Source of the DNA: Botryllus schlosseri
Taxonomy: Eukaryota
Assembly: GCA_051294905.1 (NCBI GenBank)
Contig: CM119376.1
Span: 12,586,001 to 12,650,000 of the forward strand
Length of the DNA: 64,000 bases
Reading direction: 5' to 3'
Shown: positions 48,601 to 61,244 of the stretch, one piece after another
Numbering within the stretch: the first letter of the stretch is position 1
Layout of the letters: every line of letters starts with the position of its first letter
Made by a program: the position numbers and the translations under genes
The notes under the pieces: generated by a model
What the model saw: the letters and a program-made list of their open reading frames with translations, nothing else
The model's database searches: none
What the model was told of the DNA's origin: nothing

Positions 48601-51600
48601 GCAGCAGCCGCTAAATGGGACAATGGCCGCATTATAAACGGAACTTGCACAACTGCAGCCTTCCTTCATTAAACAATAAAGCGCACCGCGCAATGTGCTG
48701 TTCCTACTTCGCGTATTATAATTCGTGGTAATTTAAACGACCTCGTCTCCTAACTACCTACCACTCTGAGTGTTGGTACAATACTACGCATGCATAGTCG
48801 CGAATTACGCAGTACCGAGGTTAGACTTTGCTGACAGCGATTGAATTGAATACCGTAATCCTCACACCAACATATCATCAATCGATACAATCAACCCGAT
48901 TTCAATCAATGGAAACTTACTTTCCCAACACATCAGCTGATGTGGCCGACACATTACAATTTCACTAAAGTGAAAAGGAACTTCCCATCAGAACACGGAA
49001 CACAAACTGCAGAGTTGGCTAAACTGCCAACGCTCTGTCACCTCAACTCAGTAAGAGAGAATAACAGAGGAAATGGTTAGCAATCGCATATAGTGTTAGT
49101 CACGTGCCAGCGAGGTCACGGCCGAATAGATTTTAATTGCAATTCGTTATGTGCATTACGCGGGCTCGGGGGCCTGCGCTTGACGCAGGACCTGGTAACT
49201 ACGCTGCTCTCGAAAGCGCTACATTCCCTGCCCAGGAGAACAAAGTGGGTTATCTATTTTAGTCAATGTCGTCAATCGACAATGTAACTATTCCACTTCA
49301 GTAACATCAATGTCGGCAACCACTTCGACTCTAGTCATGATAAAATTTCCTTGCTCTACTTGAATAGCATCAATATCGCGATTCTGCCAGGAAACAACCC
49401 AACATTTTTAGCCTTTCAAAACCGTTCTATCTAGGCCTCCACTTATGCGACAACGCAAAATAACTATCATCATCTTCATCGCGCACGGCCCACAGGCGAG
49501 TACCTTTCATACGATCGCTACGAAAATACTGCCACTTACAATTGGCAAAAGAAATGTCCTATTTGTTAAGCACGACCATAATTATGGCACACGCAATGAG
49601 ACCATCCTCTGGGTTGTTCACTCCTCAAAAATATCGCGTCCCCGCGAACACGCTCAGCTTCCTCACGCTACATGTTTTGGACGCCATCATAAAAGCCAAA
49701 CGTACTTCCATTCAACTTCCATGAGATAGATAGCCGTCCTATACCCTCTCCACAGATACTAGCCATACTTTTAGATGTTTAATAAAATAAGGTAAACATA
49801 CTGAACACAGACGCTTGCTTATGACTAGTATCTAAACTTTTAAGATGCGTATTCAAGTTTTGTATCACAGAAATTGTCTTCAGTAGTACCTTAATACAAC
49901 CAAATACTCAATGGTGGGAAGATGGTATCGAAACAGTAATTTCAGCCGTTAAAATAGTTAATTGTCGATAGGGGACTGGGGAGCATTATTTTTTAGTATA
50001 ATCAATAGTCAAACCGTGGTGCCCGGCCCGACCCTAGCAACGCCCAATCGCACGTACCTGCATTCGTAGATTACTAGCGGAAGTGCGCGTATTCGCGTTC
50101 GCCTTCGCCAGCATGTTATTCAATATCTCATCGTCGTCCAACAGAGACTGCTTAGAGCCGTAACTACTGCCCGACATCGAATTCAGACCCTCCACGCTCA
50201 CGGCGTTTGTAAAACCGGCCGACCTGCGAAGCCCGTGCGTCGACATCGTAGCTCCCCTGCGCCTGGCGCGACCGCCGGCGGTCCCGCTGAAATGAGACCC
50301 TGAACTACGCTTTGAGGAAGACCGGGATTCCGCCAGAATATCCTCGCAAGACGGAAAAGTGCTCACGCGAGATTGCTCGAATTTCATCCCAGAATTGTAA
50401 GTGGGCAAGTCTTCCACGTTGAGAGACATCACAAGTTTAGCTCTTTGGTCAGAGGCAGGCCTATGCCTGCCTGCGTTTTTATCTCGCCTCAAAACAACCC
50501 CAGGATATCCGATAGCTCTCAAAACCGGAGACGGAGGCGTTGCATAATCGCTGCGCCTGTTTTGTAACACCGCGTGTTTCGATTCGTAACCAGACCTCGG
50601 TAACGACAAGGTGGAATCGTTACGAAGCGACGTAAGATTCGACACGCTGCGACTGTCCGCCCGCGACACGCACCCAACGCTCGCGGCGTCATTAGAATGC
50701 GTTCTCTGTATCCTGTGATCTTGAACTTTATTCGGTATGTGCGGGACTGATCCCGCGTAATGCAAAGCACGATGCCTCTGTCCTATATAAGCCGAACTGT
50801 CGAACGTGGCTATCGAATCTTCGGGTAAAGGCGGTTCGCACACGGCGCTCGACCTTCTAGAAGCGGCGTCGGTCGAATCCGAAGCCGAACTGCCTCCAGC
50901 TCGAGTCAAAGTGCTATTTTCTGAGAATGGAACGCGCGATATTTTCTGCCCGTGAGTCGGGTCTGATCTTCTCTGATGCTTTCTCACCGATATATTATAC
51001 TCGTTAGGCAGGGACGGGCATGAATTTCGGGCAGAGGACGCGAATTCGACCGCCGGCTGTCCGTTTTCCGGCACCCGCCTGTCAGTAGAGCCGCTGTCGA
51101 CAGGTTCAGGCTGTTCGTCCAAAGTGTTTAACAAGTTACTATCGCTGTCGTACAAGCCAGGCGGCGGGATCTGTACAATATCTTCGTCGTAAGGCGTTAA
51201 AGAAGGCGTGGGCGTAGTTTCACCAGAACTACGCGCTTCGTGCGTAGAATTACGCGCGGATTTAGACTCTGAAGTGTCTTTTTTCTTTTTACTGCCTTGT
51301 TTTTTCTTCCCTTTACCCTTGCGTAGCGAAGACCTGTGAGCATTACCCAGCGCGCTGCCGTTCGAAATATCCGAATACGATGCGTCTCCAGAACGTTTGA
51401 AGAAATTAAAAAAACGAAAGTCTATAGTGCGCCGTTTGGACACTTGATAATCGCGCGCGCCTGAACTTTGGAACGCTTCAGGCGTGAGAGACCGCGGCAG
51501 TGTCAACGCCGTGTTAGCCCTCTCGCGTTGCACCGGGCCTGCGTCCGTTAAGACAGTGTCGTCGTATCCGGGAGGCGGGGAGCAAGAAGCCAAGTCTTCA

Positions 51601-51995
51601 GCGATTTGACTGGCACGCAATGAAGAAGTGGAGGAATAAGCGCTTTCGCGACTGTCTTGTCGCCTAATTTGGTCTATAAAAGACCACGGCCGCCGAGCTT
51701 TGCCCTTTCCGGAGCCGGTGGACGACGTAGAGGACGCTCTCGGCTTCGTTAAGTCAGAGTCTGGAGTTAAAGTCATTCGCGCTTTATTTCTGAGAATAAC
51801 AGCAGGCGGGCTTTCGCGGTAGGCCTCGACTACTGCGTCATTCTCTTTCGCGGAAGCGTCGCCGCTTTTACAGTCGGCCGTTGGTATGATCAGTTTGTCA
51901 TTTTGAGAGGCGGAGCCGCTCGCTTCGGGCGCCGGGGTCTGGTTCTTTTTCTTCTTCGTCCTCCTACTGGAGAAGATGTTTTTGACTTTCATCAT
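30693..51995 (-). CDS. NET1: RhoA GEF of the NET1/ARHGEF3 family (DH-PH), about 1568 aa if the large first exon is used
   Basis: Exons (minus): 51995-50058, 46987-46889, 44326-44075, 42065-41892, 39723-39457, 36380-36210, 33450-33270, 32317-30693; GT-AG with consistent phases; 4707 nt. Motifs: EPSSKR..SLANLISP, WQEAIFELFQGERDLVEDL, RDFLQRCLESPFSRKLDLWSYLDLPRTRLVKYPLLL, KLEYLDEKQ, SYQVYRHPLP, YTLQASEEHDKKQW. Likely co-orthologue of NET1 and ARHGEF3. Linkage of the first exon is inferred from strand, phase and its CAG|GTACGT donor. Confidence 0.9.
30853..31127 (-). repeat. Coding tandem repeat (DACVSS units) in the RhoGEF C-terminal exon
   Basis: Five exact DACVSS plus EPCVSS and DARVSS, interleaved with S(S/L)QPxI(G/E) units. 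Confidence 0.85.
32839..33103. repeat. Dispersed repeat family A, second copy
   Basis: See 4225-4539. Confidence 0.7.
33543..33568. mobile_element. 26-bp TIR micro-element with 7-bp TSD
   Basis: CGGGGCCTACGATAAGTTGGGCCCCG flanked by ATTGGAG on both sides (33536-42, 33569-75). Confidence 0.75.
34230..34505. repeat. Dispersed repeat family C, inverted copy
   Basis: Reverse-complement similarity to 45846-46205, ending in GTTGTCCAAG. Confidence 0.6.
35746..35870 (+). ncRNA. Minimal type I hammerhead ribozyme within a ~125-bp Penelope-type repeat (best-preserved copy)
   Basis: Stem I ACCC(35762-65)/GGGT(35792-95); CTGACGA 35766-72; G35773-C35781 stem II with loop TGTCAGC; GAAA 35782-85; palindromic stem III AATATT 35785-90; cleavage triplet TTC, cutting after C35791. 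Confidence 0.75.
42596..42626. mobile_element. 31-bp micro-element, CGGGGCCTACGATAA family
   Basis: Same 15-nt left end as 33543; ends in ACCCCG; flanks ACTCCAA(C) / ACTACAA. Confidence 0.55.
45846..46205. mobile_element. Repeat family C, most complete copy (MITE-like)
   Basis: Inverted termini (GCAG)ACTTGGACAAC / GTTGTCCAAG(CAAGTCTGC). Confidence 0.6.
48266..48388 (+). ncRNA. Minimal type I hammerhead, second full copy
   Basis: Core identical to 35746 (CTGACGA 48288-94, loop TGTCAGC, GAAA 48304-07, AATATT), but the triplet is TTT; flanks homologous. Confidence 0.7.
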
Positions 51996-54860
51996 TTATT
52001 CCGCCGTATAGGTGTCATTGAACAATATAATCCGCGGTGGTTTTACATTAAAACTACCTGCCTGGAACACGCAGAAAATCGATTAAGAACAGCCTGGTTG
52101 ACACGGTCGTCCAATCTCCACCCAATAACGTCACTATGTACCTAGAGCTAGAGATGATCAAAGTAGCAGTAACGTCGTGCATTTCCACTCCAGTAGAAAT
52201 TGAAGTAGCGATTTCAAAGAAAATTGAAAAGTAAGTCTTCTACGTTCTACCCCTGTTTTTGTCTAAAAATCTGAAAGCTGTCAAGTACACAAGTATTAGT
52301 AACCTAAAATTAAAAGCCACTGAGTCGTAGGAAAAACCAACTTGAGATCTCCGAAAAATAGTAGTACAGTAGGCTAGTTCCTTTACTGAGCAGCTCTGTC
52401 ACATACTGGCGACCTGTTCCAATAATTACGTCGAGTAGACCAATTCTAACGTTGTCGCATATCAAGTACACAATTTTAAAACCGACTCACCCCATCATTA
52501 AGCCAGCACACTTCCTTATGGGACGCGCAACATAGCGAGCGTTTTCAAATCGCCTATCCGCTCAGAACAGCGCGTTTTCACAAAGCGGAAATGACCACAC
52601 GCCACGAATATACCAACCGAATTGTCACACCAAAAGACACGTAATAAGAAAGACCTTTCCTGTGTCACGGATTAAGCGTTACTCCAACAAACGTGCAAAT
52701 TACACATCGATACCTCCTCCCTTGTATCACAACTGATACGAATCATATCCAAGCGGGAACGTGCCTAGTTTTCGGGTGCATTAGTTATGGATGAATTCAC
52801 CAGTTAATCGGCCTATTTTTATCCGCATTGGCACTCTACTGATATTACGCGCACAATCACTGCCAACCTGCCACAACATACCGATTAATGACGATGCATG
52901 CGCGCTACGATGTTATATCATCAAGCATCGAATACATAATACACTGTCACGCTATGACTGCGATACGGCATCAGTTGACCACATGAGGTTTATCACAACA
53001 ATACAACGCAACATAGCATCAGGTGAGTAAGAAGAATTTTGCATTAGGGCGGAACTGACTGGGAGACGATCACGCCTTCTCAAAACAACTCTCACAACTC
53101 GACTGCCGACAGATCTACGTATCATGGAAACACAATTTCTGAATGTGATTACGTAGAGCAGAGCGCGGATATAATAGACGCTAAGCCGCCAACGCTTTCA
53201 ATCGACACAGCGCTCACTAACAAAATCATCAGAGTATGAAACGATATTTGTCTGTGCTCAACCCGCGAAACACCACATCCCTTTGCAAGGTAGATTCAAC
53301 GATTCTAGATGATAAACGACCACACCACCACAGCTACATAGTATCTCAAGTGCCTGCACTGATGTTATTAGGTCAACCCGATCTCACTACGACAACAATA
53401 AGCGACTAAAACAATAGAGAAAGGGGGAGAGGAAATCACGCCACCGGGAGTTGCGGGCAACGTAAATACTGCCAACATCCAGCATTTATATAGATTGGAT
53501 TTAGTCAAGCTGCTCGGTGTTAAATGTTGAAGCTGCTACATATCGTATTAAAGTCACGTTGTGAACGGCTGCAGATGGCGCACGCAATCCTAACCGTGCA
53601 GAACTGATTGCGTTTGCGAGGAAATCGGTTTTGATGCAACTGCGCCGTACGTGAAATATTCTTTAGCCTCGAAACTGTGCTCGCTACATTATGACGATCG
53701 ATCACAATTACACATAATAAGTGGGCTACGTATTGTAACGGCGAGCTATTCACGTATAATGTATATATTCAGTTGAATAACAGATTTGCGGGACATAGCC
53801 TACATTAAGAAAGCTTCTGTAGCAACGTAAGTAATAATGAAAGTATTTTTGAAAGTGATACATTATCCATCGCATGTAAATTAATGAATAATTCAACTGC
53901 AGCTATGTAACACAGCCGAAAAGGACTATGCAACACCTATTTTCCCCCACGACTTTTTCTAATACGAGAGTTCAGCTGCGATATAAAGGTAATTTGCCCT
54001 GTACACAACATTCTACTTGGGAGCAAAACATCTTGTGTCTTGTTGCAGATGCAACAACTTATTCATTACCTTTCGAAGTTACTGTAGATTCTATTCTCCA
54101 AGCAAAACGCTCATTTTCTAAACTTCACTGATAGCTCAAACCAGCAAGACTATTGCACCATTGCTACCTTCGACAGATTCTGAGCGCACACCTCGAAGGT
54201 ATACTGCGACAAGGTCGAACAGTAAATAGCGATAATACCAAACGCGGCCAGTTTTCTATAACTAAAATTGCACAACACCATTACGTATAGACTCGTTTTG
54301 ATTATCTCGTAACATAAATCTAGTCACGGCACAAAGAGACCAGCTCCGAGCAAATATCGGGTAGTGTTACAAAGCAGGTGGTGATGCTAGGGGCTTTTGA
54401 TTTTAATCGTGTTCAAAGCTGAGTGTATCAAGTGCCAACAGCATCGATACCAACAGCCAACACGTAAGGGGTTCGGAAAGGCAGATTGTCGGCGTGAGTC
54501 GCAGACCGGCCGACGCCGTATTTCACACTAAGCAATCGAAAGATCCCGAGAGCATTTGCGCGTCCGTGAAATGTGATAAACACCAAGTAAATCCGATCGG
54601 TTACACATACTTATTTGGTGATTATTAATTATACTACAACACCATCCAATTATTCTCTCCCTTAAACTAGCCTTGCAGTCACAACTCAACAAGAACTACA
54701 TGCAGTTAGACAACGACTATACGACCTCCGGATATGTACCTGTACCTGTTGTACAATACAACACACTTAATTAGCATACATGAGGTTGAGCATGACCAAT
54801 GACAATTGAATTGGATTTGAAGAATTTGGATATATTTATACTTGTATCTGAATCTGCAAC

Positions 54861-54914
54861 CGGGGGCCTACGATAACTTATCGTAATAGTTATATCAAGT
54901 TATCGTAGACCCCG
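54861..54914. mobile_element. 54-bp hairpin micro-element, CGGGGCCTACGATAA family
   Basis: TIRs CGGGG(G)CCTACGATAACT / AGTTATCGTAGACCCCG; 7-bp TSD CTGCAAC / ATGCAAC. Confidence 0.7.
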
Positions 54915-56503
54915 ATGCAACTTATATTTATAAATATTCGATTCCCCTTATATCTGCTCATCATTGACAGTGCGACTGCATTGCAAACTAGATCTTTTTC
55001 ACTCCTTTTCCATGACAGGTACTCAAGAGAGCATTAATCACTCGTTTCAAAATCGACAATATCTAGCGCTTACTCCGTCCAATGAATTCCGTTGATATTA
55101 TCATCATAGCAGGCGTTGCATTGAAGATACGGACTGCGCAGTTCTAATATGTAATACTGACAATTTGGATATTTAACCGACTTGGATGTTACAGTAATGC
55201 TCACAAAAATCCTGTCCTATATCGCCAAGCTGTCCGGTCTTCATGCTGTTTACAGATATTTTATGAATATCATATACTAGCGACCATAAAACTTTATACA
55301 ACGCGATATCGTCAGCGTCCAGCGCTTAGTAATCCAGTATTGATAACCGATCGACAAACAAGGAAACCTAATTACGTCACCAACACTAAGATACCACAAA
55401 TGAGATAATACATGGATTGTTGCCGTTACGATGCAGCCCAATTGCCTTCAGTATGGCGAGTTACAAATCACAGGTACAAAGCTTTCGTCTCATGCTAAAA
55501 CGATGGGGATATGTATGATTACCAAATACGGAGGATACGCGGAGAAAAGGCGAAATTATGACGTGGTTGAGGTTGGGGCCACAGTGCCTGGTATTGCATA
55601 TGCCTGCTACGATACGGCTTGGCTACGCCGTACGCTGTTACATTACTTATTCATTATACAGACATTGCGCTATCCTGATATATGCGAACTGCTATCTTAT
55701 TTCATAAACCAACGCAGTCTACAGTCGCTATTGCAGTAATGTTCCTCGCACGGCAGCCAACGAAACTTAGCGCATCATGAAACGTGATATGATTCGTTAT
55801 CGGGACTTACGAAGGAATAATCTCGTGAAACGCACACACGAGACATAGTGACAAATCCGCCAGTTTATAAACGGCGAGAGACCGTGCAGTATGGACACCA
55901 GAACGATCAATAAAGCAATCAATCATGAAATCAATACCTTTAAATCAATCATGCAAACTGATAATTAATTGCAAAGCCGGTTAATACGACTCTCAACGCA
56001 CTAAATATGATATTACTTAAACTACATGCTGCTAGATCGAATCCAAGGAGATAGATGATCCCAATGCCTTGTACTCTTCGAATGAGTTTGATAAGGAGTT
56101 GAATTACTATACTAACGAGACGGATAGGACATTCTATATGACATTTGTTGTACTGCATTTGTTCCGCTGATAGTAAAAATGATTCTTGCACAGAATAATG
56201 TCACGAGTTTACTACTCGCCTTCATAGAGCGGAGGACCGGTGGATACTACACAATTCATGCAAGCGTTTACAGGGCAAGGCATGGAAAATTAGTATCAGT
56301 ATAGTAAAAATTGTGCTCAATAACGAGTCGTCGCTGTGTGGTGATGGGTATTTTGCATGTCTAGACAGTAGAAATTATGAAGTAGCTATACATTGTATGC
56401 AACCTACTCGGTGATTCAACGTCGTGAAAGAGTGGAATGGACGAAAAGACTAGGAAGTTTCTGATAAATAGTTATCACGGTATGAAATCACGACATATTG
56501 AAG

Positions 56504-56539
56504 TATAGATAACTAACCTACGTAGGTTAGTTATCTATA
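56504..56539. mobile_element. Perfect 36-bp palindrome with 7-bp TSD
   Basis: TATAGATAACTAACCTAC|GTAGGTTAGTTATCTATA flanked by ATTGAAG (56497-503, 56540-46). Confidence 0.7.
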
Positions 56540-59500
56540 ATTGAAGAGTCGTAGACTCTAGTTGAAAGTGTTATAGACTTGTCTGTTATCTTTGCTACAC
56601 AAATCCGATTTTCAAGAAACACAGTATAAAGGCAAAACACCAGCCTAAATTATTCTACTTGAAAGCGGTATGCGACGCTTCGAAACTTATTAGAAAACCA
56701 TCGCGCTACGTAACAGCAAATCGAGCAACGCTTTCTGGATTCGGATTGATTACGTGATTGTCCCACATCTTCTCAGCGTTGGTTCGTGAATACTCTAATG
56801 GCAGCAGTTACGAGGAATTATACCCGGTAATAACACGGGAAGGTGCTTCGGGCTACCCAAAAACGATGCTACACCAGTTCGTCACATCGAAATGACGGGA
56901 GAAACGATACTGGGAAGGTGACCTAAACCAGCTACAATTCGACGCACGCGCTAAATACATCTGAACCGGCGAGGTTCTAATGTCGGCCCTCTCCACACAA
57001 GTTACACATTACACAAACGTAAACCGGTTGGGTTGACGCGATCCTAGTCACTTGTCGTCCTTAGTCTTCACAGCGAATGATTTGCAGACTACCAGCACCA
57101 CCATTTCTGGAAACTATGGTTATAACAAGTTCGATATAGCATTATAGATAATTAAGCTACTAACCTATTGCAGGTCATTTATCTATAATAGGATACTTTG
57201 GTACCACTAGTCAATTTGCAACGAATACGACGGGGAGTAATCTAGGATCACGTCTGATGTTAATATCAGTGGAAGTGTTGAAACGGTATTGTCAAATGTC
57301 AATATGCTAACTGCATGATCAATTGCCCTTGATCGGAAACCGTTGCACTGCAGAAGTGAAATTTGAACCCGCTTGGGACGACCGTCTTACGGAAAATACA
57401 GTTGGGTGAAGAATGAACCGAACAAAATGTACTAGCACCTAATAATTCGATCAGATAAAGTTGCAGACCCACACAATCCAAAAGAGAATTAGGAATGTCC
57501 CCAATAAATCGGGATATTGGTGAAACAGTCCGTTCAATTCGTTAACCGTGTAAAGACATACTCCACCAAAAACAGATTCACGAACGTAACATAACCTACC
57601 AATAACAATGCGGATGAAGGATCATGTACCAATTCTGTCCAAAATATGTCATTATGTAACACAACGCCAGTCAGGATACGCGCAGACGCGGTGAACATCG
57701 CGCCATTTCCTCGATTTAGGTGAAATCAAGTACAGTACATCATTCCCTTTTACTTAACATAGGTCGTACCTGTTACCACAGAGCCTTTGAAGTGCACTTT
57801 ACTTATGCGGCGACAATTCGTTACTGCGGCTTTAGTGTGATGGTTATATTACTTACCTAGCGACTTTTGAACCACGAATCAGGAAGATAAGGCGACAGTG
57901 ACGAAATAACTGAAGTTTGCCCAAGTCATTGGTGTGGGCATTCCAACACTGTCACATCATTCGTCATCAAACCCAGTATTTTCGAAATTTTCGAAACCGT
58001 TTACGCACCCAATTAACGAAACAGTGGCCTTCTCCTTTTTAATGCTAGACCTAGAAGATCACACATATTACATATAGCCACATTATGCCAATGTGAAGAA
58101 TTCGGAATTGTTTTACGTCTGATATCATCATAATTCGGAAAGAATTTTGTTTAGCAACACGTACGGTTTCTTACGCCAAGATTCATATCACACGAAACAC
58201 AAGTGAGAGCAAGATACCACGATCATGTTAGCAGCAAAAAACGCTTTAGAACAAGTAAGGAAATTATCGAGTTGAAATCATATTTTGCAACAAGACTTCC
58301 CCGCCACGATCGCAGTGCATACGCACTTACGCAACACTTGTTGACGGTACCGTAGTTGACGGTACCGTATTTATGTTAACGTAACGTTTTTGCTGTAACG
58401 ACCCTCGCCACGTTTAATGGAACAATTCCACCAATATTTTCAATAAGCACGGATCGCCTAATCTTCGCAGCGGGATAAATTCCGACAACTGGCGAGCGAA
58501 GTTGATCGCCATACGTATTTGGCAACTCAGCATGGAGCAAACGATTAGGGCAGTGGACCAAGTAAATAAAGTCGGCTTAGCCCCTGCAACGTATTCGCAT
58601 TCGTTAACAAGCAGGTTTCCGTTCCTAAATCGCAATAAGCACCCGCGGACTCAGATCGTGGAAAAATCCCCAAGCACCATTACCGCCGGATTATTATACC
58701 ATGTTTCGAGTTTCGAGCCACAATACAGACTATTATCTCGCATTCAAGACCAATCACGGTGTTATTACATCTTGCCGTCTCGGTATCATGTGCGTGTTCA
58801 AGAAGTGGTCGGACGTTCGATCGACGATATGGTAGAAAATGTGTAATTAGCAGGATTATCTAATTGCACAAGAGCAACTACGAGAAAACGTTCGGCACCG
58901 ACTGAAAAGAGGATGTCGCAATCATAGGGTGCGTGTTATTTCATGTAGGCTACTCTACAGGCAGCGCCGAAAATTACCACAATAAATTCCTGTGGCTGCG
59001 GATTAACTACCATTTCTCAATCTCACGTCAGAATACCTAACCATGCAAATATCACGGACTACTACGAGCATTGCGAGGGAAAACACATGCGGACGCCCCA
59101 ACCTGCACCCAAATTCATGCGCCAAACTGTTAAAAATGGACTCGGATATTTTGCATTTTTAAAATACCCCGCGTAAGCACAAGGAGTAGCGCCAACGCAA
59201 ATAGATTTTTTACGACATCTTTAACATGAGAACGACACTGTTTCAGATTCTCGAACGCCGATTGCTCACACATACGTAGTGTGAATCAGAGTGGAATACT
59301 CACGCAAAGGAAACAGGAAACAAACCATAAAAGTTCGATAAAAACTTCACTCGGTGACAACACCGCACAGAGCCGTCTGTCTCACACATAATTCCCACAG
59401 ACTCGTTAAACTCGGGATATCGGTTCAGCGAAGTGCAAAGCCGTCTCACACAATACACTGCAGGGTACTTCGCCACTTGACAACACCGAGGTTGTAAAAT

Positions 59501-61134
59501 ATCGCCGTTCCAGCGACACAGCTGTTGACATTCGGATCAGCGATTTGCTTTATCTACAATCGTGTGTGTGTGTTAATTTCTAATTAGTTTGCACTGCTGC
59601 GTTATGAGTTCCATCTAATCGGATATTAGGATCCTACCTGTGTCTCGGCAAATATCCGACACTGCCCATCATTTCTTAGTACCGTATTGAATATTCCCAG
59701 CATATCTACGCAGGATATCAAACATCAGCAATCATGTCTACGGTCTAACAAGTTACATCAAATCAACTAACAATACAAGCTCCCTGGAGCGGGCGTACAT
59801 CCGAAAGTTGCGCACCGAATCTCGCGACAGATCATCAATATCAAGAGGAGTCTTTCCTGCGACATCCGGTGCCGAGACATGAAAGCAGTACAATAGGCGG
59901 AAACCGGCTATATAATTTCATACTGCCATGACACATACCGAGGAGGTTAATAAACGCAGGCGCCAGATAAATGCCAACAGCAAGTGTCAGTTAACGGATG
60001 CCAAACCAACCGCAAGTGACTATACGATACTACAACGTAGGTTACAATATAACAGAAACTAGCTCTCCAAAATCTACGTCGAATAGAAATGCATAAGATA
60101 AAAAAAAATGCAGGATGATAAGAAATAAACAATATGTATGGGATAATAATCAATGAGTTCACATTAACGACTACAGTTATTTTGATGTTGAACAGAACAG
60201 GTCAACTGCGTGTGCAGATCTAGCAAATAGCAAATAATGGCCATCCAGTTAAGCTAATCAATCAATAGTTCGTTACTTAAGTTACCCGCACGGCGCCTTT
60301 ACAGCATGACTTACAAGCGAACCCTCACTCAACATCCTTATAACCTATCCGACAACGCGCCACACAGTATCAACGAGTGGTAAAACAATAAACACCTACT
60401 TCTGCGTTGCTACATAGACAAGTTATGCTGTCTGAAAACGTACGCCACATTAATTTACATATAGACGACTCGTCTTGAAACTAGCAGCTTATTCAAATAC
60501 AGCGTTACGGCGACAACACTAATTGTATATTACCAAGAATTAACGTTCAAAGAGCTATAGTTACAGGTCATGTACGTGATAACTACGGCTTGTCGGCATG
60601 ATGTCGGTTACCCCTATATGCGTAACCGCTGAAAAATTTATATACATTTCCAGATCATGTCGCAAAACACAAAATATCTGACTCTCTACTGACAAACGCA
60701 GTTCAAGCATGTGTCCTGCCACTAACCAGTAACCAGTAACTGCACAAAGCCGCTACCTACAACAACTCAACATCGATGTAATATGAATCACCGCTGCGTT
60801 ATCCCCTATTATATATTCGCAATGGTTAACTTTTCACCGCAGCTACGTCCTTCCTGTTACACATGCGAACATCCAGCACCGCGCTTCGGGGTCGTGCTAA
60901 CGCGACGGCGCCCTGCTCACGAGTGAGGTGCGGAAGCCTGGAGGCTATGCGATCGAGAGACGATTTAATTGAGGTCGTCTCTCTCGCATGAGTAGAGACG
61001 GCCTGTATTCGGTGTAGGCATAGATCAGCGCCACGGGTTATGCTCTCTCACCTTTCGAGCAGATATGGAAGCGAGTCTACTCGACAATGCCGCACACGGT
61101 TAACATGTATCAGTGAAAAAATGTGTGCCAAATG

Positions 61135-61189
61135 ACGAGTGTCAGCCGAAAATATTCGGGTTCATTTCAATATGAATATACTATTTAAT
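61135..61189 (+). mobile_element. 5'-truncated hammerhead-family fragment with 11-bp flanking direct repeat
   Basis: (TG)ACGAGTGTCAGCCGAAAATATTCGGGTTCATTTCAATATGAATATACTATT between TGTGCCAAATG copies (61124-34, 61190-200). Confidence 0.75.
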
Positions 61190-61244
61190 TGTGCCAAATG
61201 TCTTCAACGAGTCTAAAACCCCGTGTGGAAATGTGTGTTATGAT

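Noticed and set aside
58340-58369. Exact 15-bp tandem duplication GTTGACGGTACCGTA
   Set aside because: Most simply a local slippage or repair duplication with no further structure.
60850-61040. 7SK or another known Pol III RNA
   Set aside because: ACATCC and two GATC motifs are present but not in the 7SK order, with no matching 5' GGATGT or oligo-T terminator.
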